Shown: positions 29,261 through 41,452, numbered from the stretch's first letter. The stretch is DNA of 64,000 nt from an uncultured Desulfobacter sp. (GCA_963665095.1 OY762069.1:1984001-2048000), one strand, 5' to 3'. Notes: generated from the letters alone by a model not told the origin. Translations and numbers: made by a program.

Positions 29261-30554
29261 TCCCCATCCTGTTCGACAAGTTTTAGCTGTTTTCTGCCCT
29301 GGGTTGAAAATCCACTGGATCTGTAATTCTGAACAAAACTGACCTCGTATCCGTCTCTACGCGGCACCACTTTATAATCTTTGCCGGTAACAGATATGTA
29401 ATCATACTTTTGCGCAAGCTTTTTTTTACGTTTCACCCATGCTTTTTTCCCCAGCCCGTCGCACTCAAAATTACTGGCATAAAAATCTGCATACCTGGTC
29501 ATATTTTTAGCCGACCATGCTGCCAGCCACTGTTCAACGGTTTTAACCACCGCCACATCTGCAGACTGACCCTGAAAAAGCTTCCTTGCTCCGGCAATCA
29601 AAGGCGTTTGTCCGGGATAAAGCCTTTTAGGCTTTTTTGAAAAAGATCCCCTATGATCGCTGGTCCGCTGCTGGTCTGGCGGATAAAAAGCTGGCGTTTT
29701 CCCAGATAAACGCTCTGTTCAATATCTCCTGGCGAACCAATGGCAAGGCTGATATCTGTCAGTACTACAATAACCCCGCTGTGGGCATACATTCCTGTGT
29801 TATTCAGAATAATCCATGGATTTTTCTTTTTTGCCAAACCCTTATTGCGCAGCCTGCACCAGTCCTCCCACCACGAAATGTCGGGCAGATAAACAGCATC
29901 GTAAAAAGACAGATAGTCGTGATAGTCATCTCCAGCCAGCGCCCGGGCCCAGGCAGCAATAAACCCGGATACCTGCTCTTGGATATTTTGCAACTTATCC
30001 ATTGAGGTATAATCAATCTGCTCAACAATGACCAGAGGAGTAGCATCCAGATGGATATAATCAGCCAGAGCAATAATATTTTTATTCTCAAGGGCCACGC
30101 ATCCGTTAGAATCCTTTGGCTTAAGATGCTTGTCTGTACCATGAAGCCAGATGGCCGAACCCTGTTTTCCAAGGCGCAAATCCAAAAAATTGGGATAATC
30201 GGATGTAAAGGCCTTTTTCCCGTAAACTGCTGTCAAATACCGGTCTTCAAATTCATGTTTCAGGAAATAGATCCCTTCCGGGGTTTTTTTATCTCCGGCT
30301 TTCAATTTGGGTCCAGGATTGGCACCGGTAGAGCAGGCAGACTGAAATACAGGATTTTTTGCTCCTTTCTGTGAAGAATACACATAAAGCATTTGGCTTT
30401 TTTTCTCCACAATAATAGCATTCTCGTTCTCCGGAAGCTGAATTATTGCCGCCGGTACCCCTGCTGTAAATGCCTGCCCCGAACCAGGACATACCAGAGA
30501 AACAGCCAGAACACCGATAGCTATCAAAAATATTGGTTTAAATGCGTTGATCAT
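29224..30554 (-). CDS. L,D-transpeptidase (YkuD) with NTF2-like C-terminal domains (Csd6-like), split into ORFs 29598-30554 and 29224-29601, probably by a -1 frameshift
   Basis: [13 protein letters not shown]...SNGCVAL, then two WxxAW...Y..FY NTF2-like repeats, one in each ORF. The downstream frame is open back through the A6 run at 29633-29638. Confidence 0.8.
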
Positions 30555-31591
30555 TCACTCTCGTTTTTAAAATTTAAATGCCGGTATGCTTTTTCCGAGG
30601 CTTTTCTGCCGCTAGAAGTCCGTAATACCAGGCCGATTTTCAGCATATATGGTTCCACAACATCCACAAGGGTGTCGGTTTCTTCCTGTAAGGTAGCGGC
30701 GATGGCCTCTATTCCCACAGGCCCACCTTGATAAAAAAGGATAATGGTCTCAAGATAACTGCGGTCCAAAGGCGTCAAGCCTAAATCATCAATGCCCTCC
30801 AGAGCAAGCGCTTCGGTAACCCCGTTGGTTGTCATAAGCCCCTGGTGCTTCACCATGGAATAATCCCTGACCCGTTTAAGCAGTCTATTTGCAATTCGAG
30901 GGGTCCCCCGTGACCGCCTGGCAAGCTCTAACGCCCCCTCATCTGTTATCCGGGTCTTCAAAAGCAGGGCAGAGCGTTGAATAATGACTGTCAACTCTTC
31001 CACCGAATAAAAATCAAGGGTGCGAAATATCCCAAACCTGTCTCTCAGAGGTGCTGACAACAGCCCCACCCGTGTGGTGGCACCAATCAGCACAAATTGT
31101 TTGAGCCGGTAGCGATGACTTCTGGCATGGATCCCCTTATCAAAAACAAAATCCACGGCAAAATCTTCCATGGCAGGATAAAGGAATTCCTCCACCACCT
31201 TGGGAATTCTGTGAATTTCGTCTACAAAAAGGATATCCCCCTCACCCAAGTTGGTTAAAATCCCCACAAGGTCTCCGCCTTTTTCCAGAGTAGGACCGGA
31301 TGTGACCGTTAACTCTTTGCCCATTTCATTGGCAATAATGTGGGACACAGTTGTTTTACCAAGTCCGGGAGGTCCATGCAAAAGGATATGATCTAAAGGC
31401 TCCCTGCGCATTTTTGCCGCCTGGATAGCAATTTTAAGCGTTTCCACACAGGCTTTCTGGCCCACATACTCATCAAACCGTATTGGCCGCAGGGAAACAA
31501 TCTCAGCACACAGGTCTTCAGGCTTGGGCTGCTCTGATACCACGCCTTTTTTATCAGAGGAGTAGCTTAAAATATCTGTAGCCATGGTCAT
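30551..31591 (-). CDS. ruvB: Holliday junction branch migration helicase RuvB
   Basis: [35 protein letters not shown]. Confidence 0.97.
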   Translation of the reverse strand: MTMATDILSYSSDKKGVVSEQPKPEDLCAEIVSLRPIRFDEYVGQKACVETLKIAIQAAKMRREPLDHILLHGPPGLGKTTVSHIIANEMGKELTVTSGPTLEKGGDLVGILTNLGEGDILFVDEIHRIPKVVEEFLYPAMEDFAVDFVFDKGIHARSHRYRLKQFVLIGATTRVGLLSAPLRDRFGIFRTLDFYSVEELTVIIQRSALLLKTRITDEGALELARRSRGTPRIANRLLKRVRDYSMVKHQGLMTTNGVTEALALEGIDDLGLTPLDRSYLETIILFYQGGPVGIEAIAATLQEETDTLVDVVEPYMLKIGLVLRTSSGRKASEKAYRHLNFKNESE

Positions 31592-32229
31592 CTATTTTCC
31601 TGGTAAATTTCGTCAAACAGGTCTTCCGCGGTAGAAATATCCGGATTTCTATCAAGGGCCTCATTAATCATCCTTTTTGCTGATGATGCGGAATGGCCGA
31701 GTTGCTCCGTAAGTACGTCCGTCACTTGCCTGACCATGTGCTCTTTTTCCTCGGACACAGGGACATCCCTGTTTTTTTCAGTCTCAGGCGTCTCGTTTTT
31801 CTGGTTACCGGCAAATGCAGTTACCTTGCCATTAAGGGTAGCCACGATCTTTTCCGCTGTCCGCTTGCCAATGCCGGATAGCTGGGATAAAAACGAGGTA
31901 TCCCTGTCTTCGATTGCCCTTGCCACCTGTGATACCGGTTTTGTCAGGGCCTTAACCGCTTTCATGGGGCCAATGGCCGCCACCGTGATAAACAATTGAA
32001 AAAATTCCTTATCTTCTGGTGCCAGAAAGCCAATAAGAACGGGTTTGGGTTGCCGCTCGGTAACATGATAATAAATATACAGTTCAATGGGTTCGTCTGC
32101 ACGGGATTTATCAAGACACCGGGACAGGGTGATGGGGTCCATCAGCACCTCATATCCGATATCACCGGCCAAAAGGATAATACTGTCCGCCTCTTTGCGA
32201 AGAATCTGTCCTCTAAGGAATGCAATCAT
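31588..32229 (-). CDS. ruvA: Holliday junction branch migration protein RuvA
   Basis: MIAFLRG, IGYEV, HhH motifs AIGPMKA and [11 protein letters not shown]. Confidence 0.93.
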   Translation of the reverse strand: MIAFLRGQILRKEADSIILLAGDIGYEVLMDPITLSRCLDKSRADEPIELYIYYHVTERQPKPVLIGFLAPEDKEFFQLFITVAAIGPMKAVKALTKPVSQVARAIEDRDTSFLSQLSGIGKRTAEKIVATLNGKVTAFAGNQKNETPETEKNRDVPVSEEKEHMVRQVTDVLTEQLGHSASSAKRMINEALDRNPDISTAEDLFDEIYQENR

Positions 32230-32708
32230 GCCTGTTTTCCGTACCTGAAAAGGCCAGTCAGTGCCAGCCCTAATGCATCAGAGGCATGAAAAGGACGAAT
32301 GGGGCCATGGTGATGCAGAAGGTGCCTGACTGCCCGTTCCACCTGATACTTATCTGCCCCGCCATTACCGGAAATCACTTTTTTTACCTCCCTCACAGAG
32401 ACCTCATGAATTTTAACCCCGGCTTTGAATGCCGCCAGAATAAGCACTCCTGAGACTTTTCCCAGCATAATACCTGATCCGGGGTATTTTTCAAGGGAGT
32501 AGATATCCTCAATAATAACAAGATCCGGCTGTTGCTCCAATAAAAAGGATTCAGCTTTCCGGTAAATATAACCCAGCCGCTCAGGGATCGCTTCACTGGC
32601 CTGTGTGGAAATACTGCCAAAGGAATAACTGTCAATCTGCCGGGCCTGGCCCTCAATAACCCCAATCCCGGTTCCTGCGAGGCCGGGGTCAATGCCTACG
32701 ATTTTCAT
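32226..32708 (-). CDS. ruvC: Crossover junction endodeoxyribonuclease RuvC
   Basis: IVGIDPGLAGTG.G, VKK.ISGNG.ADK.QV, ASDALGLA. Confidence 0.95.
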   Translation of the reverse strand: MKIVGIDPGLAGTGIGVIEGQARQIDSYSFGSISTQASEAIPERLGYIYRKAESFLLEQQPDLVIIEDIYSLEKYPGSGIMLGKVSGVLILAAFKAGVKIHEVSVREVKKVISGNGGADKYQVERAVRHLLHHHGPIRPFHASDALGLALTGLFRYGKQA

Positions 32709-32725
32709 ATATAAAAAATATATTA

Positions 32726-33571
32726 TTAATTTAATGTGTTAAGCTTTTTCTTGGCATACTTGGCTTCCGGGGAATTGGGATACCGCTTGATCAGTTCATT
32801 AAGAATCAATCTAGCATTGGCCTTTTCACCCAGTTCGGCAAATGCGTAACCCTGTTTAAGGCGGGCGGCAGCGTTTTTATTGGAGTCAGGGTATTTCTCA
32901 AGCACTTTCTGGTATTCCAGAATCGCTTTTTCATACCATTTTTCCGAATAGTAGGAGTCGGCTATCCAGAATCGCGCATTATCAGCATTTTTGGATTGAG
33001 GATATTTGCTTATAAAATTTTCAAACTGAAGTCTTGCGTTCTCCCGGTCCCCTTCATCAAGCAGCTTTTTTGCAAAATTATACAGTCCCTGTTCTGTCTG
33101 CTCCACAACCTGAGCGGGATGAGAGCTGCTTTCACCTGGAGTGCCTGGTTCAGAGGGTTCAAACCCCATATATTTTTCCAGGGCAATCAATTTTTCGTAA
33201 TTTCGGGAAATGGCGCTGTCCAGACGGTCAATCCGTTTTTCAACACTCTCCTCGCGGGCCTGATCTGTAATACCGAACTTGTGACGCAACTCCTCAAGTT
33301 GACCCTGAATTCTGTAAAAATTTTCTTTAAGCTGCTGGATATCATACTTTACCTCGGCATAATTTTCCCGGGTAATCTTTGAAAATCCCTCAACCTGTTC
33401 CTTAAGGTGTTCAAGCTCGTCAGAATTAGTTTTGTCCATTTCATTCTGACGATTGTTGTCCTGCTCGATAACAGCCACTCGAGTCTCCAGAACGTCATAC
33501 TGGTTTGGTGCAATGCACCCAGAGGTTATGACCAGGAGTATAATACATAAATTAAAACGCAACAGTCCCAT
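32726..33571 (-). CDS. cpoB: Tol-Pal system protein CpoB/YbgF (lipoprotein, coiled coil + TPR)
   Basis: Lipobox TSGC, coiled coil, TPRs (F..F.SKYPQS..ADNARFW); follows pal. Confidence 0.9.
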   Translation of the reverse strand: MGLLRFNLCIILLVITSGCIAPNQYDVLETRVAVIEQDNNRQNEMDKTNSDELEHLKEQVEGFSKITRENYAEVKYDIQQLKENFYRIQGQLEELRHKFGITDQAREESVEKRIDRLDSAISRNYEKLIALEKYMGFEPSEPGTPGESSSHPAQVVEQTEQGLYNFAKKLLDEGDRENARLQFENFISKYPQSKNADNARFWIADSYYSEKWYEKAILEYQKVLEKYPDSNKNAAARLKQGYAFAELGEKANARLILNELIKRYPNSPEAKYAKKKLNTLN

Positions 33572-33792
33572 TTTATATGAAATCCAATTAATTTATATGA
33601 AACACTCCTGTTATCCACGGAATATTTCTATCTTTGTTGATACCCGGCACATCATCCTAAAGACCGGTTCATGGCTATTAAATGCAATGAGGGGCACAGC
33701 CGCCAATTCATACCGACTGTGCCCTTAAGAACGATATAATGGCAGGGGGGAGCAAAACACCACCTTTCCTGTATATCTGTTAATAGCGTTTA

Positions 33793-34374
33793 TTAATTAA
33801 TGACAAACTGGGCACGCCTGTTTTTGCTATATGCGTCCTCTGTATGACCCGGATCAAGCGGTTTCTCTTCTCCGTAGCTCACGGTTCCAAGACGATTAGC
33901 TGCCACGCCTAAATCCACAAGGTAATTTCTGGCAGCAGTAGCACGTTTCTCACCAAGGGCAAGGTTGTATACGGTGGTGCCCCGCTCATCACAGTGACCT
34001 TGGATCATGACTGCAACGGATGAATTACTCTGCATCCACTCCGCTTTTTCCCGAAGCAGTGCTTTGGCTTCAGAACTAAGCTCTGCACTGTCATAATCAA
34101 ACAGGATATTTTCGTTTAAAAACCGTGCTTTTTCAGCAGCAAGCTTGGCCTGCCGTTCTCTTTCCCGTTGCTCTTCCAACTGCTGTGCCTTAATTCTTTC
34201 AGCTTCAAGGCGGGCCTGTCTTTCGGCATCAGTCTCGCCGGTCTGGGTAGCCTGAGTTTGATCCTCTACCTGGGCAGGCTCTGATACCACCTGCTTTTTG
34301 GCACAGGATACCATAGTCAAAAGCCCTGCCATCAGAACCACCATCATCAGATTCATCCATACGTGTCTTTTCAT
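33793..34374 (-). CDS. pal: Peptidoglycan-associated lipoprotein Pal
   Basis: Lipobox VSC; ILFDYDS, GHCDERGT..YNLALGEKRA, SYGEEKP, KNRRA. Confidence 0.96.
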   Translation of the reverse strand: MKRHVWMNLMMVVLMAGLLTMVSCAKKQVVSEPAQVEDQTQATQTGETDAERQARLEAERIKAQQLEEQRERERQAKLAAEKARFLNENILFDYDSAELSSEAKALLREKAEWMQSNSSVAVMIQGHCDERGTTVYNLALGEKRATAARNYLVDLGVAANRLGTVSYGEEKPLDPGHTEDAYSKNRRAQFVIN

Positions 34375-34424
34375 GTCAAATTCTCCTTAAGTATTTTAGA
34401 TTACCCTGTTAATAATACCTTTAT

Positions 34425-35777
34425 CTAATCATTTGAAAAACCTGAATTTTTTAGCCAGTCCGGTTCGCTCTGGGCACCTGCCATGCCAAGCAGGCGACGC
34501 TGATCAGTTCCGGCAGCGGTCATAACAAACAGATGAGCAGTTCCCCCCTCCCTAGTCGACTTAAACACAATCAGGCTGCCGTCCGGCGACCAGCAGGGAT
34601 CTTCATTGTCGCCCTGGTTCACTGTCAACTGTACCGGTGTCCCGATAAATGGGTCCACCGGTATCACGAAAATATTTATTTTATTCTGCTCGATCCCAAC
34701 ATAGGCAATTTTTTTCCCGTCCGGGGACCAGGCCGGACTTGTGTTATATTTCCCGTTAAAGGTTATGCGCTGTGCCTCCTGCGAATCCGCTGCCTGAATA
34801 TAAATCTGGGGATTGCCGGTGCGGGACGATGTAAAGGCAAGCGCGCTTCCGTCCGGGGAAAATTTCGGGGAAACATTTGAGCCCCAGCTCTTGGTAACTC
34901 TTTTAATAATTTCTCCCTCACGGGTCAACAAATATATTTCCTGGTTTCCCTGATAACTTAAGGTCGCAGCTAATTTCAACTCTCCGGGCATCCAGTCCGG
35001 AGATATATTAATTCCCTTGTAATTAATGATGGAACCGATGTTATCCTTTAAATTTTTAATATAAATATCAGGCTTTCCCCTGGCATAGGAAACATAGGCC
35101 AGCCACTGCCCGTCACTGGACCAGGCAGGAGAAAGGGAAATGCTTTTATGCCTGGTAACCTGCACAGGGTTGAACCCATCAAAGTCACAGGTAAAAATCT
35201 CTTTGTTTCCTTTGACTGTGGAGACAAAAGCAATCTTGGACCCAAAAACCCCGTAATTCCCGGTAAGCGCCTTGGCCACTTCGGCACAGAATCTGTGAAC
35301 CATGCCTCTGAGGTGTGCGGTCGGTCCGCTGTAAATTTTGCCCACCAGAAGCTTGGTATTAAATGTATCCATAAGACGAAGTTCAAGCTTCACCTGCCCT
35401 TCCGCCTCCTCTATGCCCCCGGTCACCAGAAGCTCAGCGCCAATACCCGTCCAGTCCCTGAAATTTATCTGCCCAAGCTGAATACCTGATTCGGCCGGGT
35501 CTGCGAGAAATGCAACCGGATCCATAACCTTGAGATACCCTGTAAAATCCAGTCCGGCTGTTAAAATCTGTTCAGCCTTGACACCCTGGGCCACCTCTTC
35601 CTCATGGCCGTTAAAAGTTTTAAACCGGGTGACGGCCACAGGGGTTTTATTTAAAAACGGATTTGAGATGTTGATATAATCATAATCCTGAGCCTGGACA
35701 ACCGCGCACACGAGCAGACAAAGGGTCCATATCCCGCATGTTCTTTGAAATACTTTCATATAATAATCTTTTTTCAT
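34425..35777 (-). CDS. tolB: Tol-Pal beta-propeller protein TolB
   Basis: Repeated P.WSPDG propeller motifs; position in the tol-pal operon. Confidence 0.93.
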   Translation of the reverse strand: MKKDYYMKVFQRTCGIWTLCLLVCAVVQAQDYDYINISNPFLNKTPVAVTRFKTFNGHEEEVAQGVKAEQILTAGLDFTGYLKVMDPVAFLADPAESGIQLGQINFRDWTGIGAELLVTGGIEEAEGQVKLELRLMDTFNTKLLVGKIYSGPTAHLRGMVHRFCAEVAKALTGNYGVFGSKIAFVSTVKGNKEIFTCDFDGFNPVQVTRHKSISLSPAWSSDGQWLAYVSYARGKPDIYIKNLKDNIGSIINYKGINISPDWMPGELKLAATLSYQGNQEIYLLTREGEIIKRVTKSWGSNVSPKFSPDGSALAFTSSRTGNPQIYIQAADSQEAQRITFNGKYNTSPAWSPDGKKIAYVGIEQNKINIFVIPVDPFIGTPVQLTVNQGDNEDPCWSPDGSLIVFKSTREGGTAHLFVMTAAGTDQRRLLGMAGAQSEPDWLKNSGFSND

Positions 35778-35808
35778 TAGAGCACCTGTTTTTTCTGAAA
35801 CAATCGCA

Positions 35809-36753
35809 TCATTTCAAGCCCCGGGGAGAAAATCCAAGTATAAGTTCATAGGAAGACATTCCCTTCGGAAGCTCCGGCAGGGGATTTGCTCTTTGTACTG
35901 CTTTCTTGGCAGAATCATCAAGGTACGGGTTGCCGGACTTGGTTTCAAAGGAAATATCCCGGATGTCTCCACTTTTTAAGATCTTTATAAATATCCTGAC
36001 TTCCAAATCCTGATTCATACCGGCCATGGCATCATTAAACACCCAGTTCTGTTCAATGGCCGACTTTATCACCATCTGGTACAGTGTCAAAGGGCTGGCA
36101 TCACCTCCGCCCCCTACCGGCCCGGTCCCCTTTGCAGCGGAGCTGTTGCCGGAATTCTTTTGCCCCTTTGAGGCAACCGAGGCCTTCAGCCGTTCTAAAG
36201 CTTGATCAAGCTGCACCTGATTCTGCTTCTCCAATTTTTTGGCCAGATCTTTTCTGGCTTTCGCCAACTCTTTTTCGGGATCTTTTTTAGGCTTGTGGGT
36301 CAGTTTTTTCTTTTTTGGCTTATCAACTGCTTTTTCTTTTCTGTCTTTAATGAGCTCTTTTAAATTATCAGGCTTTGCTTTTAAGCTGACATCAGGGGTA
36401 AGCACCGGGATTTCTGGCTCCTGTAGATCTGCCGGATCAACAGCAACATCTGCCTGATCATCAAGATTCACCTGACTTGAATCTGAGACAGGCTTATCAG
36501 GCTCAGAAGATTCCTGTCGTGTCTGGGCATTCGCAGGCCCCGGGGCAAAGCTGACCAAGTCCACTGTAACAATTTTGGGTTTAGGAGCAAAAAACTCAAA
36601 ATCATGAATAAAAAACAGACTGGTAAAAAAAAGCCCATGGCCAATCAGAGAGATCAGACATACCAGTAAAAAACCTTTTGAACCAAGGTGCCTGTCTTCT
36701 GAAGAAAACCTGCGCCGGCTTTCAATATGAGACCGGATATCCATTTTAATCAA
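35809..36753 (-). CDS. tolA: TolA / TonB-family energy transducer
   Basis: TM containing S..GH, Lys-rich linker, C-terminal SGNPYLDDSAKKAV..A.PLP. Confidence 0.85.
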   Translation of the reverse strand: MIKMDIRSHIESRRRFSSEDRHLGSKGFLLVCLISLIGHGLFFTSLFFIHDFEFFAPKPKIVTVDLVSFAPGPANAQTRQESSEPDKPVSDSSQVNLDDQADVAVDPADLQEPEIPVLTPDVSLKAKPDNLKELIKDRKEKAVDKPKKKKLTHKPKKDPEKELAKARKDLAKKLEKQNQVQLDQALERLKASVASKGQKNSGNSSAAKGTGPVGGGGDASPLTLYQMVIKSAIEQNWVFNDAMAGMNQDLEVRIFIKILKSGDIRDISFETKSGNPYLDDSAKKAVQRANPLPELPKGMSSYELILGFSPRGLK

Positions 36754-37175
36754 TTCGCAGCCGCTGCTTTTTCATCCTCTGGCAGGGTAACCATGCCCAG
36801 GCTTTTAACACCGGCTTTTTTAATCTTAGACATAACATTAACAACCACCCCATAGGGCACTTTTTTATCAGCCTTAAGATACACGGTGTCCCTGGCCAGA
36901 TTCTGCATAACCGCAGTAAGTTTTTCAGCCAGAAAGGGTGTACTGACCTCCTGATCATTGATATATACTCTCATCTCTTCATCAATGGAGATGATCAGAT
37001 TTTGCTCATCCGTGGGAAGTGCCTGAGATGTTGCAGTCGGCAGGTCTACATCCACCCCCTGGACCATCATGGGCGCAGCAACCATAAAAATGATCAACAA
37101 AACCAGCATAACGTCTACAAGCGGCGTGACATTAATTTCCGACATCAAATGGTCATTGTCTGATCCAACCTGCAT
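36750..37175 (-). CDS. tolR: TolR
   Basis: SEINVTPLVDVMLVLLIIFMV.AP, LKADK.VPYG.V. Confidence 0.93.
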   Translation of the reverse strand: MQVGSDNDHLMSEINVTPLVDVMLVLLIIFMVAAPMMVQGVDVDLPTATSQALPTDEQNLIISIDEEMRVYINDQEVSTPFLAEKLTAVMQNLARDTVYLKADKKVPYGVVVNVMSKIKKAGVKSLGMVTLPEDEKAAAAN

Positions 37176-37880
37176 TTATGCCTCCAGCTTTTTTTGAATG
37201 TCCCGCTCAATAATATTGAGCAGATCCGATGAAAAACTTTGAAGCTCAGAGTTGAACACACGGATCCGATCAGAAAAATAGTTATATGCTATCACCGAAG
37301 GAATGGCTACGGCAAGGCCTGCGGCTGTGGCAACAAGAGCCTCTGAGATACCGGGGGCCACAACGGCCAGACTGGCAGATCCTGACAGACCAATTCCCTG
37401 GAATGTGCTCATTATCCCCCATACCGTACCAAACAACCCGATAAAAGGAGCTGTATTACCCGCCGTGGCAAGAAATGAAACCATCTGGGACAACCGCCGA
37501 TTTTCCACAGTAATGGCCCGGTTCAGTGTACGCTTGACACTGCCCATCAGTTGAAAGCTTGAACTGGTATTTCTGTTGGCCGCAAGCGTCTCTTTATTGT
37601 CAGACCTTGCAGCCTCCATATAAGCGGCAATAAAAATTCTGGCAAGCGGGCTGGAACGGAGCGCCTTTGCTTTGGAAAAAGCATCAGCCAATGTACGGCA
37701 TTGCCAGAAAATTTCAGTAAAATCTGCCGAATCCCTGAAGGCTTTTCGGATATAACTGAACTTTATAAACATAATGGACCAAGAGATAATGGAAAAAAAC
37801 AGCAGCAAAAGCATGATGAGTTTTACAACTGGCCCGGCATTGGTAAGCATGTACAGCAGGCCCACTGATTCCGTGATCAT
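37176..37880 (-). CDS. tolQ: TolQ
   Basis: APFIGLFGTVWGIM, VAPGISEALVATAAGL.VAIP. Confidence 0.94.
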   Translation of the reverse strand: MITESVGLLYMLTNAGPVVKLIMLLLLFFSIISWSIMFIKFSYIRKAFRDSADFTEIFWQCRTLADAFSKAKALRSSPLARIFIAAYMEAARSDNKETLAANRNTSSSFQLMGSVKRTLNRAITVENRRLSQMVSFLATAGNTAPFIGLFGTVWGIMSTFQGIGLSGSASLAVVAPGISEALVATAAGLAVAIPSVIAYNYFSDRIRVFNSELQSFSSDLLNIIERDIQKKLEA

Positions 37881-38047
37881 AAATCCTTCCTTAAACTTTT
37901 ATTGGCACCCAAGGAAACATACCAGATAAAAAACCATAAATCTACATATCCCTGATTCTCCACCCAAATCCCCCTGCAGTATCAGCTTGACTGCCCGCAC
38001 ATTCGCACACGATTGTGATTATCAAGACAGGCAGAGGTCGGGTCAAT

Positions 38048-38080
38048 AAAAAAGCCCCCTTGCCATTGACAAAGGGGCTT
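38048..38080 (-). terminator. Intrinsic terminator after groL
   Basis: Minus strand AAGCCCCTTTG...CAAGGGGGCTT then T tract. Confidence 0.75.
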
Positions 38081-38154
38081 GATCATAACAGATCACATCA
38101 AAACAACATCAAGGCTGGATAACATTCCCGCTCATGGTGTCGTCCCATGATAAA

Positions 38155-39813
<1,659 letters not shown>

Positions 39814-39869
39814 TTAATGCTTTTAATTATATTTCGAATTTCATTACTTGCATATCAAATAAAAACAGC

Positions 39870-40157
39870 CTAGTCGACAATACCCAGTACATCATCCTGA
39901 CGCATGATCAGGTAATCAACCCCGTCAATTTTTACTTCTGTTCCGCCGTATTTGCTGAACAATACGCGATCACCCACTTTGACATCCATGGGAAGCAGTT
40001 TTCCATCTTCACCCATGCGACCGTTACCAGTGGCGACAACTTTGCCTTCCGCTGGTTTTTCCTTTGCTGTATCAGGGATAATGATACCGCCTTTTGTTTT
40101 ATCATTCTCTTCAACGCGTTCTACCAGAATTCTGTCACTCAATGGTCTGAAACTCAT
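39870..40157 (-). CDS. groS: Co-chaperonin GroES
   Basis: [38 protein letters not shown]. Confidence 0.98.
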   Translation of the reverse strand: MSFRPLSDRILVERVEENDKTKGGIIIPDTAKEKPAEGKVVATGNGRMGEDGKLLPMDVKVGDRVLFSKYGGTEVKIDGVDYLIMRQDDVLGIVD

Positions 40158-40256
40158 GATACAATTCTCCTTTGCTTATTAAGTTTGTGAATTAAATTTT
40201 ATTTTGAAGCAAGTCAGCTTACGCTGCTTCATCTTCTATCATGCATAATAGAGATT

Positions 40257-40502
40257 TTACTTGTCAGCTGACTTGGAAGCTGATTTTTCAGCTGGTGAAT
40301 CTTTGGTTTTAGACCCGGACTTGGCTCCACCATAATCGGTTACATACCAACCGGACCCTTTAAGATGAAAGGTGCTCTGGGAAATAATCTTTTTAAGCTT
40401 ACCATTGCACCTGGGACAAACCTCCATGGGGGGTTCTGAAATTTTTTGAAAAACTTCTTCAACGTGCCCACACCCGCTACACTGGTACTCGTAAACTGGC
40501 AT
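40257..40502 (-). CDS. FmdB-family zinc-ribbon regulatory protein
   Basis: MPVYEYQCSGCG...CPRCNG...FHLKGSGWYVTDY. Confidence 0.9.
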   Translation of the reverse strand: MPVYEYQCSGCGHVEEVFQKISEPPMEVCPRCNGKLKKIISQSTFHLKGSGWYVTDYGGAKSGSKTKDSPAEKSASKSADK

Positions 40503-40646
40503 CTTTGTTTTTCCTTCCTAAAAATTGCCGAAAACCGCTTGTTTTGCGGGACTCCTTGCTTGAAAAACAAAACTAAAATAATAAGTCTTTTATCCTTGTC
40601 AAGGAGAACCGTCCAAAATTTTTCGCAAAGGCACTTCTTTGGGTAT

Positions 40647-41159
40647 TTAATACCATTCCTTATAAAATTCAAAAACTTGCTGAATTCCATCCACAGGTTT
40701 GGGTGCAATAATGTCATGGGTAATACCATGTACTTTTTTTTCCTCCTCAAGCGTCACTTCCGCTTCAGAGGCATTCTCATACCGATGTTCAAACCGGGCA
40801 AAACGGACGACATGAACGAGTTCATGTACTAGAATGTATAAAAGGAAGGCTGATAAACGGATGTCAGGCCGCAGTGATAAAAATTCAAGGATCGCAGGGT
40901 CCTGGATACAGACATGGTAAAGACTGAATGCAGAAGAACCTAAAGAGTGATTTTGTCTGCGGCCTTCATACTTGAGCACCTGAGCAAAAGGCCCTTCCAC
41001 CCGTTCGTGGGTCGCTAACTGTACTGCCGTTTTAATATCATACCTGTTTTTCAGCCACTGGGAAGAAGAGAGCTTGAAATAATTGTATACCATCTCCTCG
41101 GCCCTGAGTGCGGCAGTCGAGACCTTTTCAAGTTCACCCTCATTAAAAAAACGTGCCAT
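40647..41159 (-). CDS. Hypothetical protein with HExxH zincin motif
   Basis: 170-aa ORF with GGAG RBS; YILVHELVHVVRF followed by EEE. Confidence 0.75.
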   Translation of the reverse strand: MARFFNEGELEKVSTAALRAEEMVYNYFKLSSSQWLKNRYDIKTAVQLATHERVEGPFAQVLKYEGRRQNHSLGSSAFSLYHVCIQDPAILEFLSLRPDIRLSAFLLYILVHELVHVVRFARFEHRYENASEAEVTLEEEKKVHGITHDIIAPKPVDGIQQVFEFYKEWY

Positions 41160-41274
41160 TTACAATCTTGCTCCGTGCAACAAAAAAAATGGACATCTGC
41201 ATTAAGTGTGTGCTATAGTCACAATTTAGCAAATCAAATGACAGTTTCATAGTTTTTTAAAGGAGGTGATTTTT

Positions 41275-41370
41275 TTGGGCAGCGTTATTAAAAAGAGAAG
41301 AAAAAAGATGCGCAAGCATAAACATAGAAAGCTCCTTGCCAAAACCAGGCATCAAAGAAAGAAAAAATAG
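41275..41370 (+). CDS. AURKAIP1/COX24-domain small basic protein (bS22/mS38-like ribosomal protein), 31 aa, below the ORF-track cutoff
   Basis: TTG start after AGGAGGT (41261-41267): MGSVIKKRRKKMRKHKHRKLLAKTRHQRKKK*. Confidence 0.9.
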   Translation: MGSVIKKRRKKMRKHKHRKLLAKTRHQRKKK

Positions 41371-41415
41371 GACCTGAAGAAACAGGAAGCTCCTTTTTCT
41401 TTCCTGGCCCGTGGG

Positions 41416-41452
41416 GAGTATTGAGTTGTACAGCAACTATGGCTCAATACTC
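41416..41452. terminator. Hairpin between the convergent bS22-like gene and hflC
   Basis: GAGTATTGAG / CTCAATACTC perfect 10-bp inverted repeat, extendable with G-U pairs. Confidence 0.5.

Noticed and set aside
30551..37880. Gene order tolQRAB-pal-cpoB-ruvCAB (ruv after tol)
   Set aside because: A permutation of a well-known conserved neighbourhood, not a new system.
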